From an uncultured Chloroflexia bacterium (GTDB taxonomy: Bacteria > Chloroflexota > Dehalococcoidia > Dehalococcoidales > RBG-16-60-22), in assembly GCA_963739515.1 (NCBI GenBank), contig CAVUAO010000003.1, positions 9,891-73,890 on the forward strand: a stretch of 64,000 bases of DNA, in the 5' to 3' direction. The position numbers and the translations under genes were made by a program. Positions 1 to 9,542 of the stretch are shown here, one piece after another. The notes under the pieces were generated by a model. It did not search any database, was not told the DNA's origin, and saw only the letters and a list, made by a program, of their open reading frames with translations. Each line of letters starts with the position of its first letter. Position 1 is the stretch's first letter.

Positions 1-150
1 TCCGGGCTTTACATCACCATCTCCCGCTGGCTCACCCCCAACGGCCGGCTCATCGAAGGCCAGGGCATCAAACCGGACATCGAACCGGGCGTTACCGGCG
101 AAGAAGAGGTCCAATGGGCCATCAATTACCTGACTAAAGGCGGAGGATAA
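1..150 (+). CDS. 3' end of an S41-family C-terminal processing peptidase gene (start lies upstream of the window)
   Basis: Open frame from base 1 to TAA at 148-150. The tail ...ITISRWLTPNGRLIEGQGIKPDIEP... resembles the conserved C-terminal segment of Ctp/Prc-type peptidases. Confidence 0.55.
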   Translation, partial: SGLYITISRWLTPNGRLIEGQGIKPDIEPGVTGEEEVQWAINYLTKGGG

Positions 151-153
151 AGC

Positions 154-717
154 ATGGCCGGCACGACCCTCACCGTCAACAACGCCAAAATTTCGATAAT
201 ACAGGGTGATATCACGCGCCAGGCGACCGATGCCATCGTCAACGCCGCCAATTCCAGCCTGATGGGGGGCGGGGGAGTCGATGGGGCCATCCATAGAGCC
301 GGCGGCCCGGCCATCCTGGAGGAATGCATAAAAATCGTGGCGCGGCAAGGACCGCTGCCGACCGGTCGAGCGGTCATCACCACCGCCGGCAAAATGAAAG
401 CCGGACACGTCATCCATACCGTGGGGCCGATATGGCACGGCGGCTCACAGGGAGAAGCCGAGCTTTTAGCCAGCGCCTACCGGGAAAGCCTGAAACTGGC
501 CGGCGCCAATAACCTGGCCAGCGTATCCTTCCCCTCGATCAGCACCGGGGCCTACGGATATCCTATCGACCAAGCGGCGCGGATAGCTTTAAAAACCGTT
601 AAGGATTTTCTCGCCCAGCCCGGGCCGATTAAAGAAGTTGTCTTCGTTCTGTTCGATGAGAGAACGTTTAAAGCCTACGCCGACCGCCCTCTAAGGAAAT
701 CTGGGAAAAAAATTTAA
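154..717 (+). CDS. Macro-domain protein (ADP-ribose / O-acetyl-ADP-ribose hydrolase, YmdB-like)
   Basis: 187-aa ORF. Macro-domain signatures IIQGDITRQATDAIVNAANSSLMGGGGVDGAIHRAGG and SISTGAYGYP are present. Confidence 0.9.
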   Translation: MAGTTLTVNNAKISIIQGDITRQATDAIVNAANSSLMGGGGVDGAIHRAGGPAILEECIKIVARQGPLPTGRAVITTAGKMKAGHVIHTVGPIWHGGSQGEAELLASAYRESLKLAGANNLASVSFPSISTGAYGYPIDQAARIALKTVKDFLAQPGPIKEVVFVLFDERTFKAYADRPLRKSGKKI

Positions 718-736
718 CTTTAAGAAGTGGAAAATT

Positions 737-1438
737 TTAGGATATGAACTTGTTTAAATCATAATTTCCGCTATTGAATTTGACAATCTTTACCCAATTT
801 ATATTACCTTTGTCATCACAATATTCATCAATAAAAGATTTGGTGAACCGATTTATCACCCTGCTTTTTTCCTTTGTGAAATCCTCATTATGCTTTTTTG
901 CCCTATAACCTATGGGTTCAATTATATCGGTATACAAATTTTTATTCTCACTTATTAAATACCAGAAGTTTTGACCAACAACTTTGAGATAACCACGAAC
1001 GTAGCTAGTTTTTGTCTTGCCGTAGCAAATACCTAAAACTGGCTGTACATTTATTCCCTGCTTGGATTGCTTTACTCTTACAACTGCATTTTTTAAATTT
1101 TTCTCAAGTTGGTCTTGTTGCCCGCTATTTCCCCAATTTGTTCCAGATTTAATAGATACTACATAGTGAATACTTTTATTAAAAAACTCCAGATCAACTC
1201 CTGGAGCTGTTGATTTATGCCCATTGCAGGTCTTACTAGCTATAAAAACAGCAAGGTCTTCAAGAAAATCGCCAAAGAGCTTCTCCTCAGATGAAGAAAG
1301 AAATGCTTCAAGTAAACCAGATACCAATTCACCAGCAGTTTCAATATTTTTAGCTTTAAATAAATATGGATTCTTTTTAAGAAGTTTTTCCAATTTTAAT
1401 TCTTCCAAGGACTTTAATCCGTCTCTTATGAAAATCAA
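737..1438 (-). CDS. Type II restriction endonuclease candidate (PD-(D/E)XK; TdeIII/Eco47II-like by recollection), probably N-terminally frameshifted
   Basis: Lies directly downstream of the methyltransferase, with the same AT-rich composition. Motif GVDLEF...VVSIKSGTNWGNS fits a D..E.K nuclease core. The listed ORF starts at TTG right after an in-frame TAG with no SD. A better ATG+SD lies at 1490 in another frame (see finding). Confidence 0.55.
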   Translation of the reverse strand: MIFIRDGLKSLEELKLEKLLKKNPYLFKAKNIETAGELVSGLLEAFLSSSEEKLFGDFLEDLAVFIASKTCNGHKSTAPGVDLEFFNKSIHYVVSIKSGTNWGNSGQQDQLEKNLKNAVVRVKQSKQGINVQPVLGICYGKTKTSYVRGYLKVVGQNFWYLISENKNLYTDIIEPIGYRAKKHNEDFTKEKSRVINRFTKSFIDEYCDDKGNINWVKIVKFNSGNYDLNKFIS

Positions 1439-1545
1439 CTATGTTCTTGTTAACATATTGTCGTACTCTATCTAAATTAATAGTGTTCATCTAATTTCCT
1501 TATTTTCCAATATTAAGTGGAAATAACTCGCGTTGAAATTCCGCC

Positions 1546-2394
1546 TTAGTTACTAGACCATTTTCTGGTTTCCGCAATACGTTTTCTTGCCAACTCAATA
1601 TATTCCATATTGTTATCAATTCCAATATACTCTCTTTTTAACTTTATTGCTGCTACTGCGGTCGTACCAGAACCAATGAAAGGGTCCATAACAACATCGC
1701 CTTCTTTAGTAAATAGCTTGATAAACCAAGCGGGTAAATCTACAGGGAATGTCGCGCTATGATTTTTATTTGAACATTCAGTGGCAGTATGTATTACATT
1801 AGTTGGATATACTTTGTTTCGCCCAACCCAATTTAATATTTTCTTACCAAAACCACTTCCAACTTTTGATTCATCTCTCGTTTTATCCGTTTCACTTAGA
1901 TTAGCTAATCGCTCTTTAGCCCAATCTCCAACTGGAATCATGACTGCTTCTTGGTACATATCAAATTTCTTTTGTTTGTTGAATTGAATTAATCGTTCCC
2001 AGTTATCTCTGAATCTGTTGGGCCATTTTCCTGGATAAGAATTTTTCTTATGCCATATAAATTCTTCAGTCCAAAGCCAACCTTGTTCTCTCATTTTTAA
2101 TATCAACTCAATAACATATGTATGTCTTTCTCCATTTACTACTCTTTCTTTTATATTGAGTATAAATGTTCCTGATGGTTTTAATACTCGAAGAAATTGC
2201 TTACTTTTTGGTAGAAACCAATTTATATAATTGTCAGGTTTCACACCACCATAAGTGCCATTTCTTTGGTCTGCATAAGGCGGTGAAGTAAAAATCAAAT
2301 CAACAGAGTTGTCAGGAAACCCCTGTAATATTTCTTCACAATCCCCGTAAATAATTCTGTCCAATAATAACCATTGATATTTTCTTTTTTCCAT
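1546..2394 (-). CDS. DNA methyltransferase, beta-class N4-cytosine/N6-adenine family (SPPY type, so N4-cytosine favoured)
   Basis: 282-aa ORF. Catalytic motif DLIFTSPPY is near the N-terminus and the AdoMet motif DPFIGSGTTAVAA near the C-terminus, which is the beta-class order. Confidence 0.9.
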   Translation of the reverse strand: MEKRKYQWLLLDRIIYGDCEEILQGFPDNSVDLIFTSPPYADQRNGTYGGVKPDNYINWFLPKSKQFLRVLKPSGTFILNIKERVVNGERHTYVIELILKMREQGWLWTEEFIWHKKNSYPGKWPNRFRDNWERLIQFNKQKKFDMYQEAVMIPVGDWAKERLANLSETDKTRDESKVGSGFGKKILNWVGRNKVYPTNVIHTATECSNKNHSATFPVDLPAWFIKLFTKEGDVVMDPFIGSGTTAVAAIKLKREYIGIDNNMEYIELARKRIAETRKWSSN

Positions 2395-2562
2395 TCTCTA
2401 TTTTAGATATATTTTAGACGTTAGTTAAGCCCTATGCAACCATAAAACATGAAATATTTTTCTTTTCGCCCCGCTATTAACCTTTTAACTCTGACTTCTG
2501 AATATTAAACTCCTTTTATTGATATGTGATATGATATATGAAAACTCGGGGGATAAGCTCAG

Positions 2563-3568
2563 ATGCTGGTCGTAATGAAAAACGACGCCACCGAAGAACA
2601 GGTGCAGGCCGTCATTAAGGAAATCGAGAAAATGGGCTACCGCGGCGTGCCCATGCCGGGCGCCCAGAGAACAGCCATCTGCATCATCGGGAACAAGGGG
2701 CCGGTGGAAGACTACGCAGCTGCTGCGCCATGGAAGGCGTCAAAGAGGCCATCCCGGTCACCAAGCCGTACAAACTCGTCAGCCGGGAAACCAAGCCGGA
2801 GTCCACGATGATATCCATCGGCGATGTAAAAATCGGCGGCGGGGAGCCGGTCGTCATGGCGGGGCCCTGCGCCGTGGAGAGCGAAGAGCAGGCGCTCACC
2901 ATCGCCCACATCGTCAAAAAGCACGGCGCCCAGGTCTTCCGGGGCGGCGCTTTCAAGCCGAGGACTTCCCCTTACAGCTTCCAGGGGCTGGGGGAAAAGG
3001 GGCTGAAGATACTGGAAAAGGTGCGCCAGGAAACCGGCCTGCTCATTGTCACCGAGGCCACCGATAACGAAAACCTCAGCCTCGTGGAGAAATACGCCGA
3101 TATCATCCAAATCGGGGCGAGGAACATGCAGAACTACTCGCTGCTGCGCCTGGCCGGGCAGACCTCTAAAGCCGGTACTCCTCAAGAGAGGGCATGGCCG
3201 CCACCATCGACGAGTGGCTCATGGCGGCCGAATACATCATGTCGGAAGGGAACCGGCGGGTCATCCTCTGCGAAAGGGGCATACGCACCTTCTCCGATAA
3301 TACGCGGAACACGCTGGACTTGAGCGCCATACCGTCCATCAAAGAAGTCAGCCACCTGCCCATCATCGTCGACCCCAGCCATGCCGCCGGACGGCGGGAC
3401 TATGTCATTCCGCTATCGCGGGGGGCTATAGCCGTGGGCGCGGACGGCCTGCTCATCGAAGTCCATCACGACCCCGCCCACGCCCTATCCGACGGAACGC
3501 AGTCGCTTTATCCGCAGCAGTTCGAAGAGCTGATGAAGGAGATAGAGCGCCTCAAGCAATACTTGTAG
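2563..3568 (+). pseudogene. aroF: 3-deoxy-7-phosphoheptulonate (DAHP) synthase, class I-beta with N-terminal regulatory domain; reading frame broken three times
   Basis: Three ORF pieces (2563-, 2730-, 3194-3568) join into one DAHPS: [14 protein letters not shown]...GNKGPV / [20 protein letters not shown]...[22 protein letters not shown] / KPVLLKRG / [15 protein letters not shown]...VDPSHA. The breaks lie at about 2729, 3168-3170 and 3190-3192. Confidence 0.85.
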
Positions 3569-3575
3569 TTACCAG

Positions 3576-4427
3576 TTACGAGATGTTGGACGGCGTATCG
3601 GCCGACGGTAGTGGAGACAAGTCCGAGGGGCTGACGGCGTGATAAAGCGAAGCTATAGCCATATAAATCCACATAATAGAGATAATCACGCCGAAGAAAA
3701 AGCAGATAAAACCGGCGATAATGATGGGAATCGCCAGTAAACCGATGAGAAAGACCTTCCAGAAATGGCCCTCGGTCAGGCGCCAGCTTTCTTTCAGGGC
3801 TTGAAGTCCCCCCAATTTTTTATCCATCACCAGGAAAGGGACAAAAGCCATCTTGCAGTAAAAAATCATGATGATCAGGAGCGACGCACAACTTATCAGC
3901 GCGTAAAATACGGCGGTCACGGCGGTGGCACGGTCCAAGAAATACCAGCTATATAACAACAAAATCCCATCAATAACGATAACCACTAGAGACAGCAGGA
4001 AACCCGCCAGGACTGCGCCCTTATAATTATTGAAACCGTTAAACATATCCGTTATTTCCACGTTATCGCCGCGGGCGGCCTTGAGAAATGCCTAAGCCAC
4101 ACCGAAACCCAGCGGCAAGAGGACAAGCCAGCTATAAATATAGGCGATAACGGTGCTGAAAACGGCGTAATATCCTGAAGACGTTAAATCACTGTTTAAG
4201 GAAAAGAACACGACCCACTGGAGTATCCACAAGACAAAGGAAATGGCGAAGTAAATAACCCCGATTAAAAACAATTCCAGGAAGTGTTTCCAGAGCTGGT
4301 TCCAACCATTGGCGTAGGACGAGATTACCCCGGGAGACAAAGTATTTTCCAGAGGCCGGCCGCAGTTGGCACAATACCTGGCATCCGGAGAATTAGACCT
4401 GCCGCAATGACGACATCTGACTAGCAT
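3576..4427 (-). pseudogene. Zinc-ribbon plus DUF975-like polytopic membrane protein interrupted by one in-frame TAG
   Basis: ORFs 4092-4427 (MLVRCRHCGRSNSPDARYCANCG... plus TM helices) and 3576-4061 are in the same frame. Only TAG (4092-4094) and ten sense codons (AFLKAARGDN) separate them. The second ORF has no SD of its own. Confidence 0.6.
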
Positions 4428-4450
4428 GACTATCCTTAACTTAATTAAAG

Positions 4451-4480
4451 AGTATAAAGACGGCTGTTTACGTTTGTCAA
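4451..4480 (-). promoter_or_regulatory. Sigma-70-like promoter for the zinc-ribbon membrane protein gene
   Basis: On the minus strand, TTGACA (4480-4475), an 18-nt spacer and TATACT (4456-4451), about 25 nt upstream of the ATG at 4427. Confidence 0.35.
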
Positions 4481-4584
4481 GGCGGTATTGTTCGGCATCA
4501 GCCTGAAGAAGGTTTCCTTGACAAGGGCAGTCGGTCATAGTAATCTATCATGCAATACAAATCCCAAAAGATAAGGAGTTTGAC

Positions 4585-5278
4585 ATGACGACGTCGGCAC
4601 AACCGTATCCGGTGAACATCAAGGGAGACCTTTCCGCGCCGCCGGAGCGCGGCTGGTGGCTTATCAAATGGCTGCTCGGCATACCCCATTACTTTATACT
4701 TGTCTTTCTGGCGATAGCCTTTGTCGTCGTAGCCATCATCGCCTTCTTCGCCATCCTGTTCACCGGCAAATATCCCAAAGGCTTATTCGATTTTAACGTG
4801 GGGGTATTACGCTGGGGGTGGCGCGTAGCTTTTTACAGCTACGAGGCGCTGGCGACAGATAAGTATCCCCCTTTCAGCCTCGACCCCGACCCCAACTACC
4901 CCGCCGACCTGGAGATTCCCTACCCGGAGAAGCTTTCGCGGGGTCTGGTTCTGGTAAAATGGTGGCTGCTGGCTATCCCGCACTGCATCATCGTCGGGCA
5001 TCTTGACCGGGGGATGGATGTGGGGCACTGCAAACACACAATGGCATATACATATATCAGGTAATACTTTATACGTACACGGTGTACAATACAGCAACTG
5101 GCACCGGACTGATATGCGTCCTAGCGATTTTGCGGCGGTCTACCTCCTATTTGCCGGCAAGTTACCCTAAGGACATGTTCAAGCTGCTGATGGGCATGAA
5201 CCGCTGGGTAATACGCGTGGTGGCTTACGATCACTGATGACGGACGAATACCCGCCTTTCCGCCTCTGGGATGACTAG
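4585..5278 (+). pseudogene. DUF4389-family membrane protein, multiply frameshifted
   Basis: The first half is intact (…KYPKGLFDFNVGVLRWGWRVAFYSYEALATDKYPPFSL…). The second repeat can be followed only by switching frames (…LLAIPHCIIVG / ILTGGWMWG… / FAAVYLLFAGK / YPKDMFKLLMGMNRWVIRVVAY / LMTDEYPPFRLWDD*). Confidence 0.6.
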
Positions 5279-6082
5279 GGAAAACGCTGGCATTTGGGAC
5301 AGATATAGGTGCCGCGGCCGCGGACGACGATACGCTCGATAGGGCCGCTGCAACGGGGGCAGTTTTCCCGACGCCGTGGGCGACCACAAACTCGTCGTGG
5401 GCGGTGCCGGGCGCGCCTTCGGGCCGGATATAGTTGCGTATACTGGCGCCGCCTTTTTCCAGGGCTTTCCGCAGCACGTGCCGGATGGCGGTGTGAAGCC
5501 TTTTAATTTCATCACTGGGAGCTTTCCGGCTGGTTTTAAAGGATGAATTTTAGCCTCAAAAAGTGATTCGTCGGCATACATATTGCCGATGCCGGCGATG
5601 CGAGACTGGTCGAGGAGGACGGGCTTTACCGGCGCCGTGCGATCCTTTAAAATCTCCGCCAGCACGGCGGGGGTGAAATTTTTTTCGAGAGGCTCAGGGC
5701 CGAGCATTTCGTTCACGCCGGTCTCGTCTTCAGCCAGCCACATCACCCCGAATTTACGCGGGTCGCGGAAATGGACGGCAGTGCCATCGTCCAGATAAAA
5801 CACCGCCCGTGAGAATTTATCGTCCGACGGGTTGACCAGCAAAGAGCCAGTCATTTTCATGTGCATGACCAGGACGCCATCGCCGGCGAGGTGAAAAAAC
5901 AGATACTTGCCGCGGCGGGAAAGACGGGTAATTTTCCGACCGATAACGAGTCGGCGAAATTCATTTACTGATGGACGACGCACCATTTTATTCCAGAAGA
6001 TATCCACGCCTTTAATGGTGCGGCCGAGGACGTGGGGCGAAAGCTCGTTTTTAATGGTCTCGACTTCAGGGAGCTCAGGCAT
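5275..6082 (-). pseudogene. mutM: Formamidopyrimidine-DNA glycosylase (Fpg/MutM) with two frameshifts
   Basis: N-terminus MPELPEVETIKNEL. The middle continues in a second frame (SDEIKRLHTAIRHVLRKALEKGGASIRNY). The zinc finger is in a third frame (RRENCPRCSGPIERIVVRGRGTYICPKCQRFP*). The breaks lie at about 5517-5519 and 5374-5375. Confidence 0.85.
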
Positions 6083-6118
6083 TTAGCTAGTAATCCTCCG
6101 TCGATACATTTTTTAGAC

Positions 6119-6244
6119 CTCACCCCCGTGTCCCCCTCTCCTGACGAGGCATGATGCAGGAGAGGGGGAGGATATTGGAAGAGGGGCTTCGCCCCTCTTA
6201 AATGCCCCATAACAACAAAGGGCTGGCGCCCCTCTTAGACGCCC
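6119..6244. repeat. Cluster of GC-rich hairpin repeat modules (families 1 and 3)
   Basis: CTCACCCCC..CCCCCTCTCC-loop-GGAGAGGGGG at 6119-6168. AAGAGGGGCTTCGCCCCTCTT+AAATGCCCC at 6179-6208. Half copy GCGCCCCTCTTAGACGCCC at 6220-6244. Confidence 0.8.
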
Positions 6245-6247
6245 TGT

Positions 6248-8995
6248 TTACTTCATCTCGCCCCAGTTTTTACCGACTTTGGTATCGACTTTGATGGGTA
6301 CAGTCAGCGTCACGGCCGACTCCATAATATCCGGCACAATCTTACGCATAATATCCATTTCGTCGTCCGGGACCTCAAAGACAAGCTCATCATGCACCTG
6401 AAGCAGCATCTTGCTTTTCAGCCTGCGTTTTTCCATCTCGCGGTAAAGGTTAATCATCGCCACCTTGATGATATCGGCGGAGGTGCCCTGCACCGGCATA
6501 TTGATCGCCATGCGCTCGGCGGCCTCGCGCACCTGGCGGTTGGCCGAATTGATATCCGGGATATAGCGCCGGCGGCCCAGCAACGTCTCCACATAGCCAT
6601 CCCGGCGGGCTTTCTCCTTGGTCTCATCGAGATATTTCCGCACGCCCGGGTATTTTTCAAAATAGGCTTTGATGAACTTGCCGGCTTCCTCGCGGGAAAG
6701 CTCGGTAGCCTGCTCCAGACCGTAGTCGCTCATGCCGTAGATAACGCCGAAATTGATGGTCTTGGCAAAGCGCCGCATGTCCGGCGTCACCTGCGAGGTC
6801 TCCACGCCGAACAGCAGAGCAGGCCGTGGCGGCGTGGATATCGGCGTCATCGCGGAAAGCCTTAAGGAGGTTCTCGTCCTGAGAGAGGTGCGCCAGGGCG
6901 CGGAGGTCTATCTGGGAATAGTCGCCGGCGAGGAGGCAGGCGCCGGGCGGGGCGATAAAAGCCTGCCGGACCTGCCCGCCCAGCTCCCCGCGCACCGGGA
7001 TGTTCTGCATATTGGGGTCGGAGGAGGAAAGCCGGCCGGTAGTGGTGCGGGTCTGGTTAAAGCTGGTATGGATGCGGCCGGTCTTCGGGTTGACCAGAGC
7101 CGGCAGGGTATCGATATAGGTGGACTTTATCTTGGTAAGCTGGCGGTATTGCAGGATTTCGCCGACGAAGGGATGAACGCGGACGCAGCTCTTCCAGGAC
7201 GGAGGCCTCGGTGGAGTAACTGGTTCTTGCCCTTGCGCGACGTCGGCAACTGCATCTCGTCGAAGAGCACCTTGCCCAGCTGCTGCGGCGAGTTGATATT
7301 GAACTCGTGCTTGGCTTCCTCGTAGATTTTTTTCTCCAGTACGGCCACCTGCTCGCCGAGGCGCCGCGACATTTCCACCAGAATACCGAGCAGTCCACAG
7401 CCACGCCGTTCCTCTCCATGAGCAAGAGCACCGGCACCAGCGGCATCTCGACGTCGTTAAAGAGCTTGGTCAAGCCCTGCTTATCCAGTTCTTGTTTCAA
7501 ACATACCCGCCAGCCGGAAAGTCATATCGGCATCCGCGCCGGAGTAATCGGCGGTCTTTTTAATGCCGACCTCCGACATGGGTATCTGCTTGGAGCCCGT
7601 GCCGATAAGGTCGGTGATGGGCGTCATCTCGATGCCCAGCTTGCTGAACGCCAGCGCCTTGAGCGCCAGGGCTTTTTCGCCCAGCAGGTGGGCGGCAATC
7701 ATGGTATCGAAGGCAGGCCGGCGACAGTTGATGCCGATTTCCGCCAGCACCATCATATCGAACTTGGCGTTATGGGCAAACTTGGGGATACTGGCGTCCT
7801 CAAGGACAGGCTTGAGACGGGCGACGACCTGCGCCAGCGGCAACTGCTCCACTTCATCCAGGAGGGTATGGCCGACGGGGATATACCAGGCTTGACCCTC
7901 CGCGGCGGAAAGAGAAATGCCGACCAGCGGGGAGATCATGGGGTTAAAGGTCGGTGGTCTCCGTATCAAAAGCGAAAGACCCCGACGCAGCGACAGGTGG
8001 TCGACCAGTATCATCGAGGTCAGACGCCGTGGCGACGATACGATAATCGGCGGGGGCGGCGCGGTTTGACCTCAACCACGGACGGTTCGCCTGCAACTTC
8101 CGGCAAGCGGGGCAGGAGACTAAAAAACTCCAGCTCGCGGAACAAATCGGCGGCCTGTTTGACGGTCGAACCGGGTGACCCGGGTATCTTCCAGGTCCAG
8201 CGTCACCGGCATATCGGTCACGATAGTCGCCAGCTCCTTGCTCTGGCGGGCGGCGGCTCGTTCTCCCGCAGCTTCTCCTGAAGTTTGGGCGGCGTCGACT
8301 TCGTCCAGATGCTGATAGATATCCTCGACGGAGCCGAACTGCTGGATGAGCTTGACGGCGGTCTTTTCGCCGATGCCCTTGACGCCGGGGATATTATCGG
8401 AGGGGTCGCCGACCAGAGCCTTATAATCGGCAATATGCTCCGGGCCGACGCCGTACTTCTCGCGGACGGCCGCCTCATCAAAGAGGGCGGTATCGCTGAA
8501 AGCCCGGCCAGCCTTGGGATAAAGCACCTTAACGCGCGGGGAGACCAGCTGCATGGTATCGGCATCGCCGGTGACGATAACGGTATCGACGCCAAGAGCG
8601 GCGGCCTGCTTGCTCAGAGTGCCCAGGACATCGTCAGCCTCATATTTTTCGATTTCAAAGAGGGGGATGCGGAAGGCTTTCACCATCTCCTTGACGCGGG
8701 CAATCTGGCTCCCCAGCTCCTCAGGCATGGGCGGGCGCTGGGCTTTATAGCCATCGAAAAGCTCGTGGCGGAAGGTGGGGCCCTTTTTATCAAAGGCGAC
8801 GGCGAAATGGGTGGGCTTGAGCTCGTTCAAGACCTTGAGCAGCATCAGGGCAAAGCCATAGACGGCGCTGACGACCTCGCCGGTGCGGGAGATGGTGAGC
8901 GGGGTGGCCTGCCGGTTTTTCGCGGCCCCGAAGGCATGAAAGGCGCGATGGACGATAGCGTTGCCGTCAAAGAGGACCAGAAGAGGGTTTTCCAC
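6248..8995 (-). pseudogene. polA: DNA polymerase I (5'-3' exonuclease, 3'-5' exonuclease and polymerase domains), at least ten frame switches
   Basis: Fragments 8120-8995 (5' nuclease), 7481-8014 (3'-5' exo: AWYIPVGHT), 7057-7500, 7127-7378, 6657-7010 (MQNIPVRGELG) and 6248-6850 (…QVHDELVFEV…) tile a complete PolA in order, but in alternating frames. Confidence 0.9.
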
Positions 8996-9040
8996 GAGCT
9001 AATTATAACAGAGCGGGGGGAGAAAGGGGTAAGGTGAGAA

Positions 9041-9068
9041 ATACTAAGCACTAAATTCTAAATACTAA
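9041..9068 (+). repeat. Heptanucleotide tandem array (4 units NNNCTAA)
   Basis: ATACTAA GCACTAA ATTCTAA ATACTAA, with TAA at 9045, 9052, 9059 and 9066. Confidence 0.75.
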
Positions 9069-9140
9069 ACAAGCACGAAATTCAAAGGGGAAAAGGGGAA
9101 AAGCGGGAAATCTACGGGCTAAGCCGCAGATGAGACGAGG

Positions 9141-9330
9141 GTTCTCCTACGCTAAAGCTACGGAGGATAAACGGCGCGGGTGGCCCTCCTGCGCCAAGGC
9201 TTCGGAGGATAAAGAAAAGATAACAACCGAGGGGCGGGGAAAAGGGGGATGAATTCCAGCCAGAACTGGAATGACACAGCGATGAGATTGCCACGTCGTC
9301 CTTCCACAGGAAGGACTCCTCGCAATGACA
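9141..9330 (+). repeat. Cluster of intergenic hairpin repeat modules (two ...GGAGGATAAA modules, two family-2 GATTSY...RSAATGACA hairpins)
   Basis: CTCCTACGCTAAAGCTACGGAGGATAAA and CTCCTGCGCCAAGGCTTCGGAGGATAAA. GAATTCCAGCCAGAACTGGAATGACA at 9251-9276. GAGATTGCC..CCTTCCACAGGAAGG..CTCGCAATGACA at 9284-9330. Confidence 0.75.
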
Positions 9331-9343
9331 GACCGTACCTACT

Positions 9344-9541
9344 CTAGCTTTTACCGGTATCTTTAGTAGCCCGGGAAATAAGCTCACCGGCCTTATCTTT
9401 AAACTGTCCCGCTTTCTCTTTCAAGATAGCCCGGGTCTCTTTGCCGGCTTTGGGGGCATAAAGAAAACCAATGGCCACGCCGGCAACCGCGCCAATAATA
9501 AAGCCGATAAGGAAACTGCTGCCACCCTCTTTTTCCGCCAT
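9344..9541 (-). CDS. YtxH-domain small membrane-associated protein
   Basis: 65 aa. GFIIGAVAGVAIGFLYAPKAGKETRAILKEKAGQ is the typical YtxH signature. Confidence 0.8.
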   Translation of the reverse strand: MAEKEGGSSFLIGFIIGAVAGVAIGFLYAPKAGKETRAILKEKAGQFKDKAGELISRATKDTGKS

Positions 9542-9542
9542 G

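Noticed and set aside
2395-2562. Small RNA or riboswitch in the AT-rich spacer upstream of DAHP synthase
   Set aside because: It contains only short direct repeats (TGATATG TGATATG ATATATG) and promoter-like A/T words. There is no conserved structure I can recognise, and the region is better explained as the edge of the R-M islet plus the aroF promoter.
4092-4094. Pyrrolysine or selenocysteine-type recoding as the explanation for the in-frame TAG
   Set aside because: No pyl genes, suppressor tRNA or other in-frame TAGs in conserved genes are visible in this window, and the surrounding genes are riddled with ordinary lesions. It is kept as a finding only as an unexplained in-frame stop, not as a recoding claim.
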